From assembly GCA_963708875.1 (NCBI GenBank), contig CAVPUL010000002.1, positions 406,598 to 470,597 of the forward strand: a stretch of 64,000 nt of DNA, read 5' to 3'. How positions within the stretch are numbered: the first letter of the stretch is position 1; every line of letters begins with the position of its first letter. The notes beneath the pieces are model-generated. The model ran no database searches. It had not been told where the DNA came from and saw only the letters and a program-made list of their open reading frames with translations. The DNA is from an uncultured Actinomycetota bacterium. Its GTDB lineage: Bacteria; Actinomycetota; Actinomycetes; Propionibacteriales; Nocardioidaceae. Both the position numbers and the translations under genes were made by a program. Of the stretch, positions 40,695 to 50,465 are shown in pieces.

Positions 40695-41945
40695 CTACCG
40701 ATTTTTACTTCTCAGTTGCCTCCTTTTGCCGGTGCGATCACGCCGAACGGAGGACGGCAGGACCGCATCGGCGAGCGCGGACAGTCCCTGCACGAGGGCG
40801 GAGTCGCCCACGTCGGCCAGCGGACGGCCGGACACGAGCGCCCGGTCGAGGCCGGCACGGTCCTCCGGCAGGAAGTGCAGCCCGGCCACCCGGCTGAACC
40901 CCTCGACCATCCCGGCGATCTCCTTCTCCGACCACCCGATGGAGCCCCGCATCCGGTTGACCACCACGTGCACGGGCACCCCGGCGACCCGGTCGCGGAG
41001 GTCCACCAGCCCTCGGGCCAGACGGGCGAGACCCACGGGGTCTGCCGATCCGACCACGACGACCTCGTCAGCGACGTCGAGCGCCGCGAGTGTCAGGGCG
41101 TTGCGCCCGGGGCGACCGCCGAAGTCGGTGCCCGCGTCCTCCTCGAGGCTGAAACCGGTGTCCACGACGACGTGCCCGACGCCCCGCGCCCGCTCGAGGA
41201 GCTGCTCGACCTGCGCGGAGCGGACCTCGCGCCAGCGGTCGGCGCGCGGCAACCCGGTCACCACGGCCAGGTGGTCCCCGATCCCCCGGCACACCGAGGC
41301 GAACCGCTCATCGAGCTGACCGGATGCCGCGAGGCGAGAGGCGGAGAGGAGCCCGGAGACCTCGTCGAGGATGCCGAGCTGCTGTGCCACCGACCCGCCG
41401 TAGGGGTCGAGGTCTGCCAGCACCACGGCGACCTGCCGGCGGGCGACCTCCCAGGCCAGGTTGGTGGCGACGGTCGTACGTCCGGGGGCACCGGCCGGTC
41501 CCCACACCACGACGACCCTCCCCGCGTCGCCCACGGGCTCGCCCGGCACCTCCACGATCGCCCGGTCGTCGCCCCGAGCCCGGGTGTCTCCCTCGTCGAC
41601 GGTGGTCACCACCTCCGGGAGCGTCGCCAGCCCACCGGCGCCGACCACTGAGGCGATGCCGAGGCGCTGGGCGTGCTCGCGCACGTCGAGGTCGTCGGCG
41701 CGGGCCGACGTCACGGCAACGGGACGTACGGCGTGCCGACGCAGGTGGGCGATGCTCGAGGGGTCCAGCGCCGGGGCGTCCAACGACACCACCGCCACGT
41801 CCGCCTGTCCGCTGGTGACCGAGGCGAGGAGGTCGTCGACGTCGACGCAGCGCTTGAGCACCACGACGCCCGGGTGCGCCTCGAGGTCGGCCAGGGCAGG
41901 TGACTCCCAGGCCTCGCCCGCTGCCAGCAGCAGGACGCAGATCAC
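40695..41945 (-). CDS. CpaE/TadZ-like MinD/ParA-family ATPase with an N-terminal receiver-like domain
   Basis: Deviant Walker A GPAGAPGRT, LADLDPYGG and VVDTGF motifs; follows the SAF gene. Confidence 0.8.
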   Translation of the reverse strand: MICVLLLAAGEAWESPALADLEAHPGVVVLKRCVDVDDLLASVTSGQADVAVVSLDAPALDPSSIAHLRRHAVRPVAVTSARADDLDVREHAQRLGIASVVGAGGLATLPEVVTTVDEGDTRARGDDRAIVEVPGEPVGDAGRVVVVWGPAGAPGRTTVATNLAWEVARRQVAVVLADLDPYGGSVAQQLGILDEVSGLLSASRLAASGQLDERFASVCRGIGDHLAVVTGLPRADRWREVRSAQVEQLLERARGVGHVVVDTGFSLEEDAGTDFGGRPGRNALTLAALDVADEVVVVGSADPVGLARLARGLVDLRDRVAGVPVHVVVNRMRGSIGWSEKEIAGMVEGFSRVAGLHFLPEDRAGLDRALVSGRPLADVGDSALVQGLSALADAVLPSSVRRDRTGKRRQLRSKNR

Positions 41946-41950
41946 GGTGG

Positions 41951-42664
41951 TCAGCCCCGGCCGACGACACGGACGCGGTCGTCACCGCTGGCGGCGAGCA
42001 CCAGCCCGAGCGACTCCTCGTCGTCCTGCGGCACGGCGAGCACGAGCTGGCGGCTGGTGGCGGAGGCGAACGAGTCGGAGACGACCGGGGCGTCGAGGAT
42101 CATCACGTCCTCGAGCACGAGCTCGGCCTCGGCGCGCGACTGGCGGTCCTCGCCGATGACCCAGACGTCGACGCGCGAGCCGCGCGCCAGCTCCGTCGGG
42201 ACGTGCTCCGCGGCCACGGCGACGGACACGGCCACGGTGTCGTTGTCTGCCCGCTCCCCCAGGGCGGCAGCGGGCAGCAGCTCGCCGGCGGTCAGGGGGC
42301 GGGTGAGGGTCAGGGTGGCCGGCAGCTCGTCGTCGACGCCGAGGTAGCGCTGCTCGTCGGCGCTGTCGTCGAAGCGCACGCGGGTCACTCGGAGGTCGGC
42401 GGCGGTGATCGTCTGACCCACCGCGAGGTCGGACGACGCAGCCCAGACCTGGGTCATGTCGTCGGCCGTGGACAGGATCCGTGCGCCCGCGACGACCGAG
42501 CCGGCGACCAGGACGATCCCGACCCAGAGGCGCGGGTCGCGCCAGCCGGGAGACCCGCTGCGGGTGGCCACCGGGACGTCGGCGGTGTGGGGAGGACGAG
42601 GCGCCGCCCCAGAGGACTTCCGAGGCAGGATCCGAGACGCGTTCCGAGACACAAGGGCCATCAT
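41951..42664 (-). CDS. SAF domain protein, CpaB/RcpC-like
   Basis: RDPRLWVG TM segment, DLAVGQTITAADL SAF segment and GSRVDVWV motif. Start uncertain. Confidence 0.8.
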   Translation of the reverse strand: MMALVSRNASRILPRKSSGAAPRPPHTADVPVATRSGSPGWRDPRLWVGIVLVAGSVVAGARILSTADDMTQVWAASSDLAVGQTITAADLRVTRVRFDDSADEQRYLGVDDELPATLTLTRPLTAGELLPAAALGERADNDTVAVSVAVAAEHVPTELARGSRVDVWVIGEDRQSRAEAELVLEDVMILDAPVVSDSFASATSRQLVLAVPQDDEESLGLVLAASGDDRVRVVGRG

Positions 42665-42754
42665 TGCCGCACGGGCGGGACTTCACACCTGTCCATCCAC
42701 AGGCAGCGGCCGGGCGACTCCGCGCGGCACCTCGTCGGTGGCACGATGACCCCC

Positions 42755-43006
42755 ATGTCCGACGATGGCCCCCGCTTCCTGACGCTCGCCGACGTGGCCG
42801 ACCTGCTCAACACCTCGAGCGCGCAGGTCTATGCGCTCGTCCGTCGTGGCGACCTGCCTGCCATCAAGATCGGCGGCCGCGGCCAGTGGCGCGTGGAGCG
42901 GGTGCAGGTCGAGGAGTTCATCCAGCGGATGTACGCCGAGACGAAGGAGTTCGTCGACCAGCACCCCTTCGTGGACACCGAGGCGCCCGCGACGCCCGAG
43001 TCCTAG
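42755..43006 (+). CDS. Small excisionase/BldC-like (HTH_17) DNA-binding protein
   Basis: FLTLADVADLLNTSSAQVYALVRRGDLPAIKIGGRGQWRV; -10-like CACGAT 7 nt before ATG 42755. Confidence 0.88.
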   Translation: MSDDGPRFLTLADVADLLNTSSAQVYALVRRGDLPAIKIGGRGQWRVERVQVEEFIQRMYAETKEFVDQHPFVDTEAPATPES

Positions 43007-43019
43007 GTCGTGGGGTGGT

Positions 43020-44555
43020 CTAACCGACCTTGCCGTCGAGCTCGACCTCGACGACCTGCTCGTCGCCGTCGCGGGTCACTGACATCTCCACCGTCTCGCC
43101 GGGGCGGTGCGTCCGGATGGCCACGATGAGGGCGATGCCGTCGTTGACCGGCTGGTCGCCGACCGCGGTGATGACGTCGTCCTTCTGCAGCCCGGCGCGC
43201 TCGGCGGGGGTGTCCGGCATGACCTCGGTGATCGTCGCCCCCTGCGAGTCGGCCGCGCCGCCCGTCCGCACCTGGGCACCGATGACGGGGTACTGCGCCT
43301 TCCCGGTGCGCAGGATCTGGTCGACGGTCGTGACGACCTGCTCGATCGGGATCGCGAAGCCGACGCCGATGTTGCCGGCCTCCCCCGAAGCGCCGCCGTT
43401 GGTGGCGATCGCCGAGTTCACGCCGACCACCTCGCCAGCGAGGTTGACCAGCGGTCCGCCCGAGTTGCCGGGGTTGATCGCGGCGTCGGTCTGCACAGCG
43501 TTGATGTAGGAGGACTCGTCGTCGGACTCGCCCGAGGTCGTGACCGGGCGGTCGAGCGCGCTGACGATGCCCGAGGTGACCGTCTGGCTGAGCCCCAGCG
43601 GGGCACCGAAGGCGATCACCGAGTCACCGACGTGCAGCACCTTCGACGCGCCCAGCGCGGCGGGCTCGAGGCCCTCGGCACCCTCGACCTTGAGCACGGC
43701 CAGGTCGTAGACCGAGCTCCGGCCCACGACGGTCGCGTCGTGCTGCGTGCCCTCGCTGTCGATGACCACGATCGGACCGTCGTCCGCGGCGGCGGAGGCC
43801 ACGACGTGGTTGTTGGTGACGATGTGGCCCTCGCGGTCGAGCACGAACCCGGAGCCGGTCGCGCCGGCGGCCTGACCGTCGAACTCGGCGACGATCTGCA
43901 CGGTGCTGGGCAGCAGTGCCTGCGCCACGGCGGCTACTGATCCGTTGTCGGCGTCGAGGGGGGCCGCGGACTGCGTGCGCACACCCGCGAGGCCGTTGTC
44001 GACGGTGCCGTCCTGCGCGGCGAGCTGGCTCTGCAGCGCACCGCCGGCGAGGCCGCCGAGCACGCCGACGACCAGGGCGAGCGCTGCCACGGCGGGCCAC
44101 ACCCAGAGCGGGAGCTTGCGGGGCGCTACGGGGCGGGCGTAGTCGACCGGCGGGTACGGACCCGGTCCGAAGTAGCCCGGGCCGCCCGGTCCGTTCTGGC
44201 CGAACGGGACCGTCGGCGCGGCCTGCTCGTACGGCGAGCGCGGGGCCTGCTGGGCCTGCGGGGGGTAGGGGGCCTGCGGAACGGACTGCTCGGGCGCTCG
44301 GACACCAGGTCGCTCGCCGTAGGTGCTGCCGTAGGGCGGCGGTCCGGGCTCACCGGAGGGTTGGCCGTAGGCACGGCCGTCGGGCTGGGCATCGGAGTCG
44401 TCTGGTCCGTCTGCCGCACCGGGCTCGGTGGGACGCCACCCGGCGAGGGGCTGGGTGGGCTCCTCGGGAGCCGGCTGCTCGGGCGTCGACTCGTGGCCCG
44501 ACGCGTCGTACGTCGGCTCGGGAGCCTGCTCGTCGGGCCTGCGGTCGTCGCTCAC
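43020..44555 (-). CDS. htrA: HtrA/DegP family serine protease with PDZ domain
   Basis: GSGFV, TNNHV, DLAVL and QTDAAINPGNSGGPL motifs. Confidence 0.93.
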   Translation of the reverse strand: MSDDRRPDEQAPEPTYDASGHESTPEQPAPEEPTQPLAGWRPTEPGAADGPDDSDAQPDGRAYGQPSGEPGPPPYGSTYGERPGVRAPEQSVPQAPYPPQAQQAPRSPYEQAAPTVPFGQNGPGGPGYFGPGPYPPVDYARPVAPRKLPLWVWPAVAALALVVGVLGGLAGGALQSQLAAQDGTVDNGLAGVRTQSAAPLDADNGSVAAVAQALLPSTVQIVAEFDGQAAGATGSGFVLDREGHIVTNNHVVASAAADDGPIVVIDSEGTQHDATVVGRSSVYDLAVLKVEGAEGLEPAALGASKVLHVGDSVIAFGAPLGLSQTVTSGIVSALDRPVTTSGESDDESSYINAVQTDAAINPGNSGGPLVNLAGEVVGVNSAIATNGGASGEAGNIGVGFAIPIEQVVTTVDQILRTGKAQYPVIGAQVRTGGAADSQGATITEVMPDTPAERAGLQKDDVITAVGDQPVNDGIALIVAIRTHRPGETVEMSVTRDGDEQVVEVELDGKVG

Positions 44556-45073
44556 GGAGCAATCTTCTCCCGGATCGCCACCAGGCGCTCGGCCAGGGGC
44601 ATCCGGGAGGGTGAGACGGGACGGCGCGCCATGCGGTCGTCGACCACGTTGATCGGGGTCGCGGGCACGGCAGGTCGGCTCAGGTCAGTGACCGGGGGGC
44701 GCGGCTCGATCCGGGGCGAACCGGCCACACCGAGGGCCAGGACGCCGACCACGCACGCGCTGGCAGCGCCGCCGCCGATGGCGACGAGCCCGCGACGTGA
44801 GCGCTGGTTCGTGGTCGGGAACGATGCACCGGCGAGCGCGCCGGACGGGGCGATCTCGGAGCAGCGCCCGACCAGCGCGGACGTGAAGTCGTGCGACGGC
44901 TGGGAGGCGCCGTACGACAGCTGGGCGAGCTGGGTCTTGACCCAGCCCTCGTGCTCGACGAGGTCGCGGCAGGTGTGGCAGGTGTGCACGTGGTTCCAGC
45001 AGCGCTCCTCCTCGTCGGGGCCGAGGCGGCCGTCGACGAGGGCACTGACGCGCGAGCCGAGGTGGGTCATCAC
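44552..45073 (-). CDS. rseA: Zinc-finger (ZAS) anti-sigma factor, RseA-like
   Basis: HVHTCHTC (HxxxCxxC) plus a TM segment; directly follows sigE. Confidence 0.85.
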   Translation of the reverse strand: MMTHLGSRVSALVDGRLGPDEEERCWNHVHTCHTCRDLVEHEGWVKTQLAQLSYGASQPSHDFTSALVGRCSEIAPSGALAGASFPTTNQRSRRGLVAIGGGAASACVVGVLALGVAGSPRIEPRPPVTDLSRPAVPATPINVVDDRMARRPVSPSRMPLAERLVAIREKIAP

Positions 45074-45717
45074 GACACCGCCGGCCGGCGTCGCGGCTGG
45101 GCAGGGACAGCGGGGCCGGAGTAGCGCTCGCGACCCGCGGTGGGCTCGCGGTGGGCGAGCGCCTGGCGGAGCATGCTCCGGCCGCGGTGGATGCGGGAGC
45201 GGACCGTGCCGAGCTTGGCGTCGAGGATCTCCGCGATCTCCTCATAGCTGAGGCCCTCGACGTCGCACAGCACCACGGCGGCGCGGAAGTCGGGCGGCAG
45301 CGTGGCGAGGGCGGTCTCGATGTCGTCGTCGAACGTCTGGTCGGCGAGCGCGAGCTCCGGCGCGGGCGCCGAGCTGGTCAGCCGGGCGGCGCGCTCGTCG
45401 GACAGGGCGTCGAAACGGATCCGCTGCTTGCGGCGGGCTCCGTCGAGGAAGAGGTTGGTGGTGATCCGGTGCAGCCAACCCTCGAAGGTGCCCGGCGTGT
45501 AGGTGTCGAGCGAGCGGAAGACGCGCACGAAGACCTCCTGCGTCAGGTCCTCGGCGTCGGGGCGGTTGCCGGTGAGGCGGTAGGCCAGCCGGAAGACGCG
45601 GGCGGAGTGCTGCTCGACGACCTCGTCCCACGTCGGGACCGTGTCGGACACCGGACCGGCGACGTCGCTCGTGTCGACCTGCTCACCCACGGGTGGCCCC
45701 TCGTTCTTCCTCGACAT
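45070..45717 (-). CDS. sigE: ECF sigma factor SigE
   Basis: [32 protein letters not shown] and [11 protein letters not shown] motifs; O-methyltransferase/sigE/rseA/htrA synteny. Exact start uncertain. Confidence 0.92.
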   Translation of the reverse strand: MSRKNEGPPVGEQVDTSDVAGPVSDTVPTWDEVVEQHSARVFRLAYRLTGNRPDAEDLTQEVFVRVFRSLDTYTPGTFEGWLHRITTNLFLDGARRKQRIRFDALSDERAARLTSSAPAPELALADQTFDDDIETALATLPPDFRAAVVLCDVEGLSYEEIAEILDAKLGTVRSRIHRGRSMLRQALAHREPTAGRERYSGPAVPAQPRRRPAVS

Positions 45718-45923
45718 CAGCTGCAACGTCTTGCTGTCCTTCCTGACGCTAGGGACGCCGCCTGAGAATTGCCTGTGAACCTCATGCGCTCCGCCCAAGA
45801 AACGTCGCAGGACGAGGACCTCCCCGCGCGGCGGCGTACCGGCTCCAACGAGCGAGGTGGCCCGTGTGTTCCCGGTCACCGGCCTGAGCGAAGGGCGCGC
45901 TGGCGCGCGATAGAGTCCGGGAC

Positions 45924-46583
45924 GTGCCGACCCAGACTTCTCCGATCAAGCCCGCGAGCTGGACCTACGCCGAGTCGTTCGTGGCCGAGGACGAGATCCT
46001 TGCCGCCGCGCGCAGCCGCGCCGAGGAGGTCGGTGTCGCACCGGTGGGCTCCGGCGTCGGTGCCGCCCTCCGGTTCCTGGCGTCCGTCCTCGACGCCCGC
46101 GCGGTCGTCGAGATCGGCACCGGCACCGGCGTCTCCGGCCTCTGGCTGCTGCGCGGGATGCGCGCGGACGGCGTGCTGACCACGGTGGACATCGAGGCCG
46201 AGCACCAGCGGCTCGCCAAGGAGACGTTCGCCGAGGCGGGCATCCCCGCCAACCGCGCCCGTACGATCGCCGGCGCCGGGCTCGACGTGCTCCCCCGGCT
46301 GACCGACGGCCACTACGACCTGGTGTTCTGCGACGGCGACAAGCGTGAGTACGCCGCCTACCTCAAGGAGGCGCTGCGCCTGCTCCGCCCCGGCGGGATC
46401 GTGGCGTTCGACAACGCGCTCTGGCACGACCGTGTGGCCGACCCGGCCCAGCGCGACGAGGAGACCGTCACCATCCGCGACCTCGGTCGCACGATCCTCG
46501 AGCACGACTCCCTCGTCCCGGTGCTGCTGCCCATCGGCGACGGCCTGCTCGCGGCGAAGAAGGAGTGGGCCCCCGAGGCCTAG
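45924..46583 (+). CDS. SAM-dependent O-methyltransferase (Rv1220c-like)
   Basis: [11 protein letters not shown] and [10 protein letters not shown] motifs. Confidence 0.92.
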   Translation: MPTQTSPIKPASWTYAESFVAEDEILAAARSRAEEVGVAPVGSGVGAALRFLASVLDARAVVEIGTGTGVSGLWLLRGMRADGVLTTVDIEAEHQRLAKETFAEAGIPANRARTIAGAGLDVLPRLTDGHYDLVFCDGDKREYAAYLKEALRLLRPGGIVAFDNALWHDRVADPAQRDEETVTIRDLGRTILEHDSLVPVLLPIGDGLLAAKKEWAPEA

Positions 46584-46590
46584 GTGCGTC

Positions 46591-46929
46591 CTAGCAGCGG
46601 GGCGCCGCCGCGAAGCCGTCCCAGCCCTCGGCGACGGCGACGATGTCGCACGCCTCGACCAGGATCGGCGACGAGCCGATCATCTGCGAGCCCGGCGACT
46701 CCCCCGCACCTTCGGTGAAGGTGCGCTGGAACTCCTCGCGCGCCTCGCTGGTCCCGAAGACGTACGACCCCTCGAACCACTCGCCGCGCACCATCCGCCA
46801 CGTCTTCCAGCGCAGGCCGGTCATCCCGGTGAACCGGGCGTGCGACGTCTCGGCGACGAAGCTCGCGAGCTGTTCCTCGACGCCGTCGGGCGCATCCGCC
46901 AGCGACCAGCGGATCGTGAGGCCCAGCAT
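46591..46929 (-). CDS. Small dimeric alpha-beta barrel protein (YdhR-like)
   Basis: From ATG 46929 (overlaps the pepA stop); GLRWKTW...FEGSYVF motif. Confidence 0.65.
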   Translation of the reverse strand: MLGLTIRWSLADAPDGVEEQLASFVAETSHARFTGMTGLRWKTWRMVRGEWFEGSYVFGTSEAREEFQRTFTEGAGESPGSQMIGSSPILVEACDIVAVAEGWDGFAAAPRC

Positions 46930-48464
46930 CAGGCGATGCCCTCCAGCGGGTCGTCCGAGCCGAGCCAGGTGAGCAGCAGGCGCGGGCCGTAGCCGCTCGG
47001 ACCCGCGGTCCACTCGTGGCGGTCCGTCGGTGACTCGGCGGCGGAGGCGAAGTCGACGTGCACCCACGGGACGTCGCCCGCGAAGTGCTGCAGGAACAGG
47101 GCAGCGGTGATCGCACCGGCACCGCCGGAGGCGTTGTCGCCGTCGGCGATCTTGGAGGTCACCTTGTCCTCGTAGTCCTCGACCAGCGGCATCCGCCAGA
47201 CGTTCTCGCCGGAGACGGTCGCGGCGGACTCGAAGTGCCCGGCCAGGGTGTCGTCGTTGGCGAAGTAGCCGGCCGTCCACTGGCCCAGCGACACCTTCAT
47301 CGCACCGGTCAGTGTGGCGATGTCGACGAGCACCGTCGGGGACAGCTCGGAGACGGCGTACGCCATGGCGTCGGCCAGGACCAGGCGCCCTTCGGCGTCG
47401 GTGTTGTTGACCTCGGACGTGCGGCCGCCGACGTGGGTGATGACGTCGCCGGGGCGCATCGCGGAACCGCTCACGGCGTTCTCGGCGGCCGGCACCAGGC
47501 CGACGACCCGGACCGGGCAGTCGACGTCGCCCAGCGCCGCCATCGTGGCGATCACGGCGCCACCGCCGGACATGTCGCGCTTCATCGTCAGCATGCCCTC
47601 GCTGGGCTTGATGTCGAGGCCGCCGCTGTCGAAGGTGATGCCCTTGCCGACCAGCACCACGGTGGGCGTACGCCGGTTGGCGCCGGGCGGTGCGTAGTCC
47701 ATCCGGATCAGGCGGGGCGGGTGCACCGAGCCGCCGCCGACGGCGAGCAGGCCGCCGAAGCCCTCGCTGCGCAGCCGCTCCTCGTCCCACACCGTCACGT
47801 CGAGGCCGGCGGCCTCGCCGACCTCCACTGCCTGGTCGGCGAGCCATGCGGGGGTCTTGAGGTTGGCCGGGACCGTGGCGAGCGCGCGCGAGCGCCAGCC
47901 GGCGCCACCGAGCGCGATGGCCCGGGCGAGCTCGTCGTCCGCGCCGTCGCCGTCGACGTCGGCCAGGACGATGCGCGCGACCGGCCGTTCCTTGGGACCG
48001 GTCGAGCGCCAGTGGAACGCGAACGACGCGAGCATCGCGCCGACCACGAAGGCGCCGAGGCCCTCGTCGGGGGCGACGGCGGCCAGCGTCGTGACGACGC
48101 TGGCGCGGTCCTTGGTGGCGCGGGCCACGGCTGCGCCGGCGCGTCGCAGGTCGGTGGTGGAGGCGTCGCCGACGCCGACCAGGAGCACCAGGGCGACGTC
48201 GTCGTCCCGCTCGCTGCTGCCCACCGGAACCGTGGTCACCTCACCCGCGCGGCCGGTGCCGCGGGCCGCCTCGAGGGCGGCGAGGAGGTCGACCCCGAGA
48301 GCCTCGGACGCCTCGTCGGCCCCGGGGCCGAGCAGCGGACCACGCTCGTCGGGCAGGACCGGGAAGGCCCAGACCTCCGCACCGCCGATCTGGTGCGGCA
48401 GTGCGGGACTGAGCGCGAACTGGGGTGGGGAGACCTGCGGGGGCAGCTGTGGGGTCGAGGCCAC
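46929..48464 (-). CDS. pepA: Leucyl aminopeptidase (M17)
   Basis: LVGKGITFDSGG, MKRDMSG and NTDAEGRLVLADA motifs. Confidence 0.93.
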   Translation of the reverse strand: MASTPQLPPQVSPPQFALSPALPHQIGGAEVWAFPVLPDERGPLLGPGADEASEALGVDLLAALEAARGTGRAGEVTTVPVGSSERDDDVALVLLVGVGDASTTDLRRAGAAVARATKDRASVVTTLAAVAPDEGLGAFVVGAMLASFAFHWRSTGPKERPVARIVLADVDGDGADDELARAIALGGAGWRSRALATVPANLKTPAWLADQAVEVGEAAGLDVTVWDEERLRSEGFGGLLAVGGGSVHPPRLIRMDYAPPGANRRTPTVVLVGKGITFDSGGLDIKPSEGMLTMKRDMSGGGAVIATMAALGDVDCPVRVVGLVPAAENAVSGSAMRPGDVITHVGGRTSEVNNTDAEGRLVLADAMAYAVSELSPTVLVDIATLTGAMKVSLGQWTAGYFANDDTLAGHFESAATVSGENVWRMPLVEDYEDKVTSKIADGDNASGGAGAITAALFLQHFAGDVPWVHVDFASAAESPTDRHEWTAGPSGYGPRLLLTWLGSDDPLEGIA

Positions 48465-48466
48465 GA

Positions 48467-48634
48467 TCAGCCGACGACGGCCTTGAGGGCGTCCCCGAGA
48501 GCTGTCGCCTCCTCGGCGTTCAGCTCGACCACGAGCCTCCCACCACCCTCGAGCGGGACGCGCATGACGATGCCGCGTCCTTCCTTGGTGACCTCGAGCG
48601 GTCCGTCGCCCGTGCGGGGCTTCATGGCGGCCAT
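48467..48634 (-). CDS. DUF3117 family protein
   Basis: MAAMKPRTGDGPLEVTKEGRGIVMRVPLEGGGRLVVEL. Confidence 0.92.
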   Translation of the reverse strand: MAAMKPRTGDGPLEVTKEGRGIVMRVPLEGGGRLVVELNAEEATALGDALKAVVG

Positions 48635-48818
48635 CGGCGCACCCTCTTCCTGTTGTCCATCGCCTCGGCGCTGGTTGCTCTTCACATGCGAATCGAGGCG
48701 GCTGCGTCGTCCGTGGCCGCCCCGATAGGCGTCGTACGCCTCCATTATCCCTCATGAGGCACGTGATCGGCACCACAGGGCGCGCGGAGGTGCGGAGGCC
48801 GTCGGGCAGACTGCCCCC

Positions 48819-49640
48819 ATGACGACCTCTGCGACCTCCTCGACGCCCTCGGCCGCGCCCGTCCTCCTCGACGTGGTCGACGCGGTGGCGACCATCACGC
48901 TCAACCGCCCGGAGGCGATGAACGGGCTCGACGTGGCCACCAAGGACCTGCTCCTGGAGATCGTCCAGCAGGTCGCCGACGACCCCTCCGTGCGGTGCGT
49001 GGTGCTCACCGGCAGCGGGCGCGCGTTCTGTGTCGGGCAGGACCTCAAGGAGCACCTGGCCGGCTTGACGGGTCAGGCCGACGTGCCGCTGTCGGACACC
49101 GTGGAGAAGCACTACAACCCGATCATGCTGGCCCTGTCGACCATGCCCAAGCCGGTGATTGCGGCCGTCAACGGCGTCGCCGCGGGCGCAGGTGCGAGCC
49201 TGGCGTTCGCTGCCGACTTCCGGATCCTCGTCGACTCCGCCGGCTACAACACGTCGTTCGCAGGAGTCGCGCTCTCGTGCGACACCGGGTCGAGCTGGAC
49301 CCTGCCGCGCCTGGTCGGGCGGGCGAAGGCGATGGAGCTGCTCTACTTCCCCCGCACCGTCTCGGCCCAGGAGGCCCTCGAGCTCGGGCTCGCGACCCAG
49401 GTGGTCACCGAGGACGAGCTCGCCGGCGCCGTGAGCGAGCTGTCGCGGCGTCTCGCGGCCGGGCCGACCGTCGCCTTCGGTTCGATCCGGCAGGCCGTGG
49501 CGTACTCCACCGCCCACCCGCTCGAGGAGTCGCTCGCCTTCGAGGCCGAGAAGATGGCGCTCACGGGCGGCACCGAGGACCACCTCGCCGCGGTCAACGC
49601 CTTCGTCGCCAAGGAGAAGCCGGTCTACCGGGGTCGCTGA
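48819..49640 (+). CDS. Enoyl-CoA hydratase/isomerase family protein (PaaG-like)
   Basis: LNRPEAMN, AFCVGQDL and AVNGVAAGAG motifs. Confidence 0.92.
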   Translation: MTTSATSSTPSAAPVLLDVVDAVATITLNRPEAMNGLDVATKDLLLEIVQQVADDPSVRCVVLTGSGRAFCVGQDLKEHLAGLTGQADVPLSDTVEKHYNPIMLALSTMPKPVIAAVNGVAAGAGASLAFAADFRILVDSAGYNTSFAGVALSCDTGSSWTLPRLVGRAKAMELLYFPRTVSAQEALELGLATQVVTEDELAGAVSELSRRLAAGPTVAFGSIRQAVAYSTAHPLEESLAFEAEKMALTGGTEDHLAAVNAFVAKEKPVYRGR

Positions 49641-49646
49641 GCCTGT

Positions 49647-49707
49647 GTAGTCCGCTGCGACATGCCGGTCCCGGACCCGCGCCGAGCGGCTTTTTGCAGC
49701 GGACTAC
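49647..49707. repeat. GTAG-tagged inverted-repeat element (REP-like)
   Basis: GTAGTCCGCTGC (49647-49658) and GCAGCGGACTAC (49696-49707) form a perfect 12-bp inverted repeat between convergent genes. Confidence 0.65.
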
Positions 49708-50465
49708 CCCCGGGCGCGGCTGGCCCGGAGCACGTCGAGGAGCTGGCGCGGCGCCTGGACGTCGGTCCGGCGGCGCGAGGGGCGTGCGCCGTACTCGACG
49801 GTGAGCGCCGAGCCGTCGAAGCGGTGGTTGAACCACATCGTCATGGTGCCGTGGCACAGGCCGCCGCAGTCGAGGGACGTACGCGGCAGCCGGAGGGCGC
49901 GGGCGAGCCGGCGCGCGAACCCGGGGTCCTTGGTGTCGGTGTCGACGCCGTGCAGCGGCTGGTGGAAGCTGATCACCCGCCGCGGCTGGACCTCCTCGAG
50001 GAACGCCATCATCGCCCGGGTCTCCGGCTCGCTGCCGGGACGCGGGCCGGACTCGTAGCTGCCGTCGAGGTCGGCCCACTGGTAGGGGAAGTTGCGGTTG
50101 AGGTCCACGCCGTGGGCGTTGCGGCGCGATCCGCGGGCGAGCCCGTCGGGGTTGTACGTCGGGATCACCCAGAGGTCGATGCCCAGCAGCGGCGGTCCGT
50201 CGCGCAGGGTCTCGAGGATGCGACGGGTGTGCGGCTCGTTGCCGTGCATCGTGGAGATGAGCACGATCCGTCGCTTGCCCGCCTCCCCCAGCCGCCACGC
50301 GCGGATCGGGCGACCCTTGACCGAGTGGCCGATGGTGCGCGCCTCGACGACGGCCGGGCGGTCGCCCGGCTCCGTCGCGACCGCATCCACGGGCGCGGGC
50401 AGCACCAGCAGGGTGACGACGAGGCCGACCGCCGTCGACAGCGCCCCGAGGATGCGCGCGCTCAC
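49704..50465 (-). CDS. Secreted M14 zinc carboxypeptidase (MpaA-like)
   Basis: HGNE, RRNAHGVDLNRNF, SFH and TVEY motifs; signal peptide. Confidence 0.88.
   Translation of the reverse strand: MSARILGALSTAVGLVVTLLVLPAPVDAVATEPGDRPAVVEARTIGHSVKGRPIRAWRLGEAGKRRIVLISTMHGNEPHTRRILETLRDGPPLLGIDLWVIPTYNPDGLARGSRRNAHGVDLNRNFPYQWADLDGSYESGPRPGSEPETRAMMAFLEEVQPRRVISFHQPLHGVDTDTKDPGFARRLARALRLPRTSLDCGGLCHGTMTMWFNHRFDGSALTVEYGARPSRRRTDVQAPRQLLDVLRASRARG

Noticed and set aside
42755-43006. Prophage or ICE excisionase
   Set aside because: No integrase, tRNA att site, phage genes or composition shift nearby.
46929-49583. 884-aa ORF suggesting a long N-terminal extension on PepA
   Set aside because: The upstream part overlaps DUF3117 and the antisense enoyl-CoA hydratase, and M17 similarity begins only near GTG 48464.
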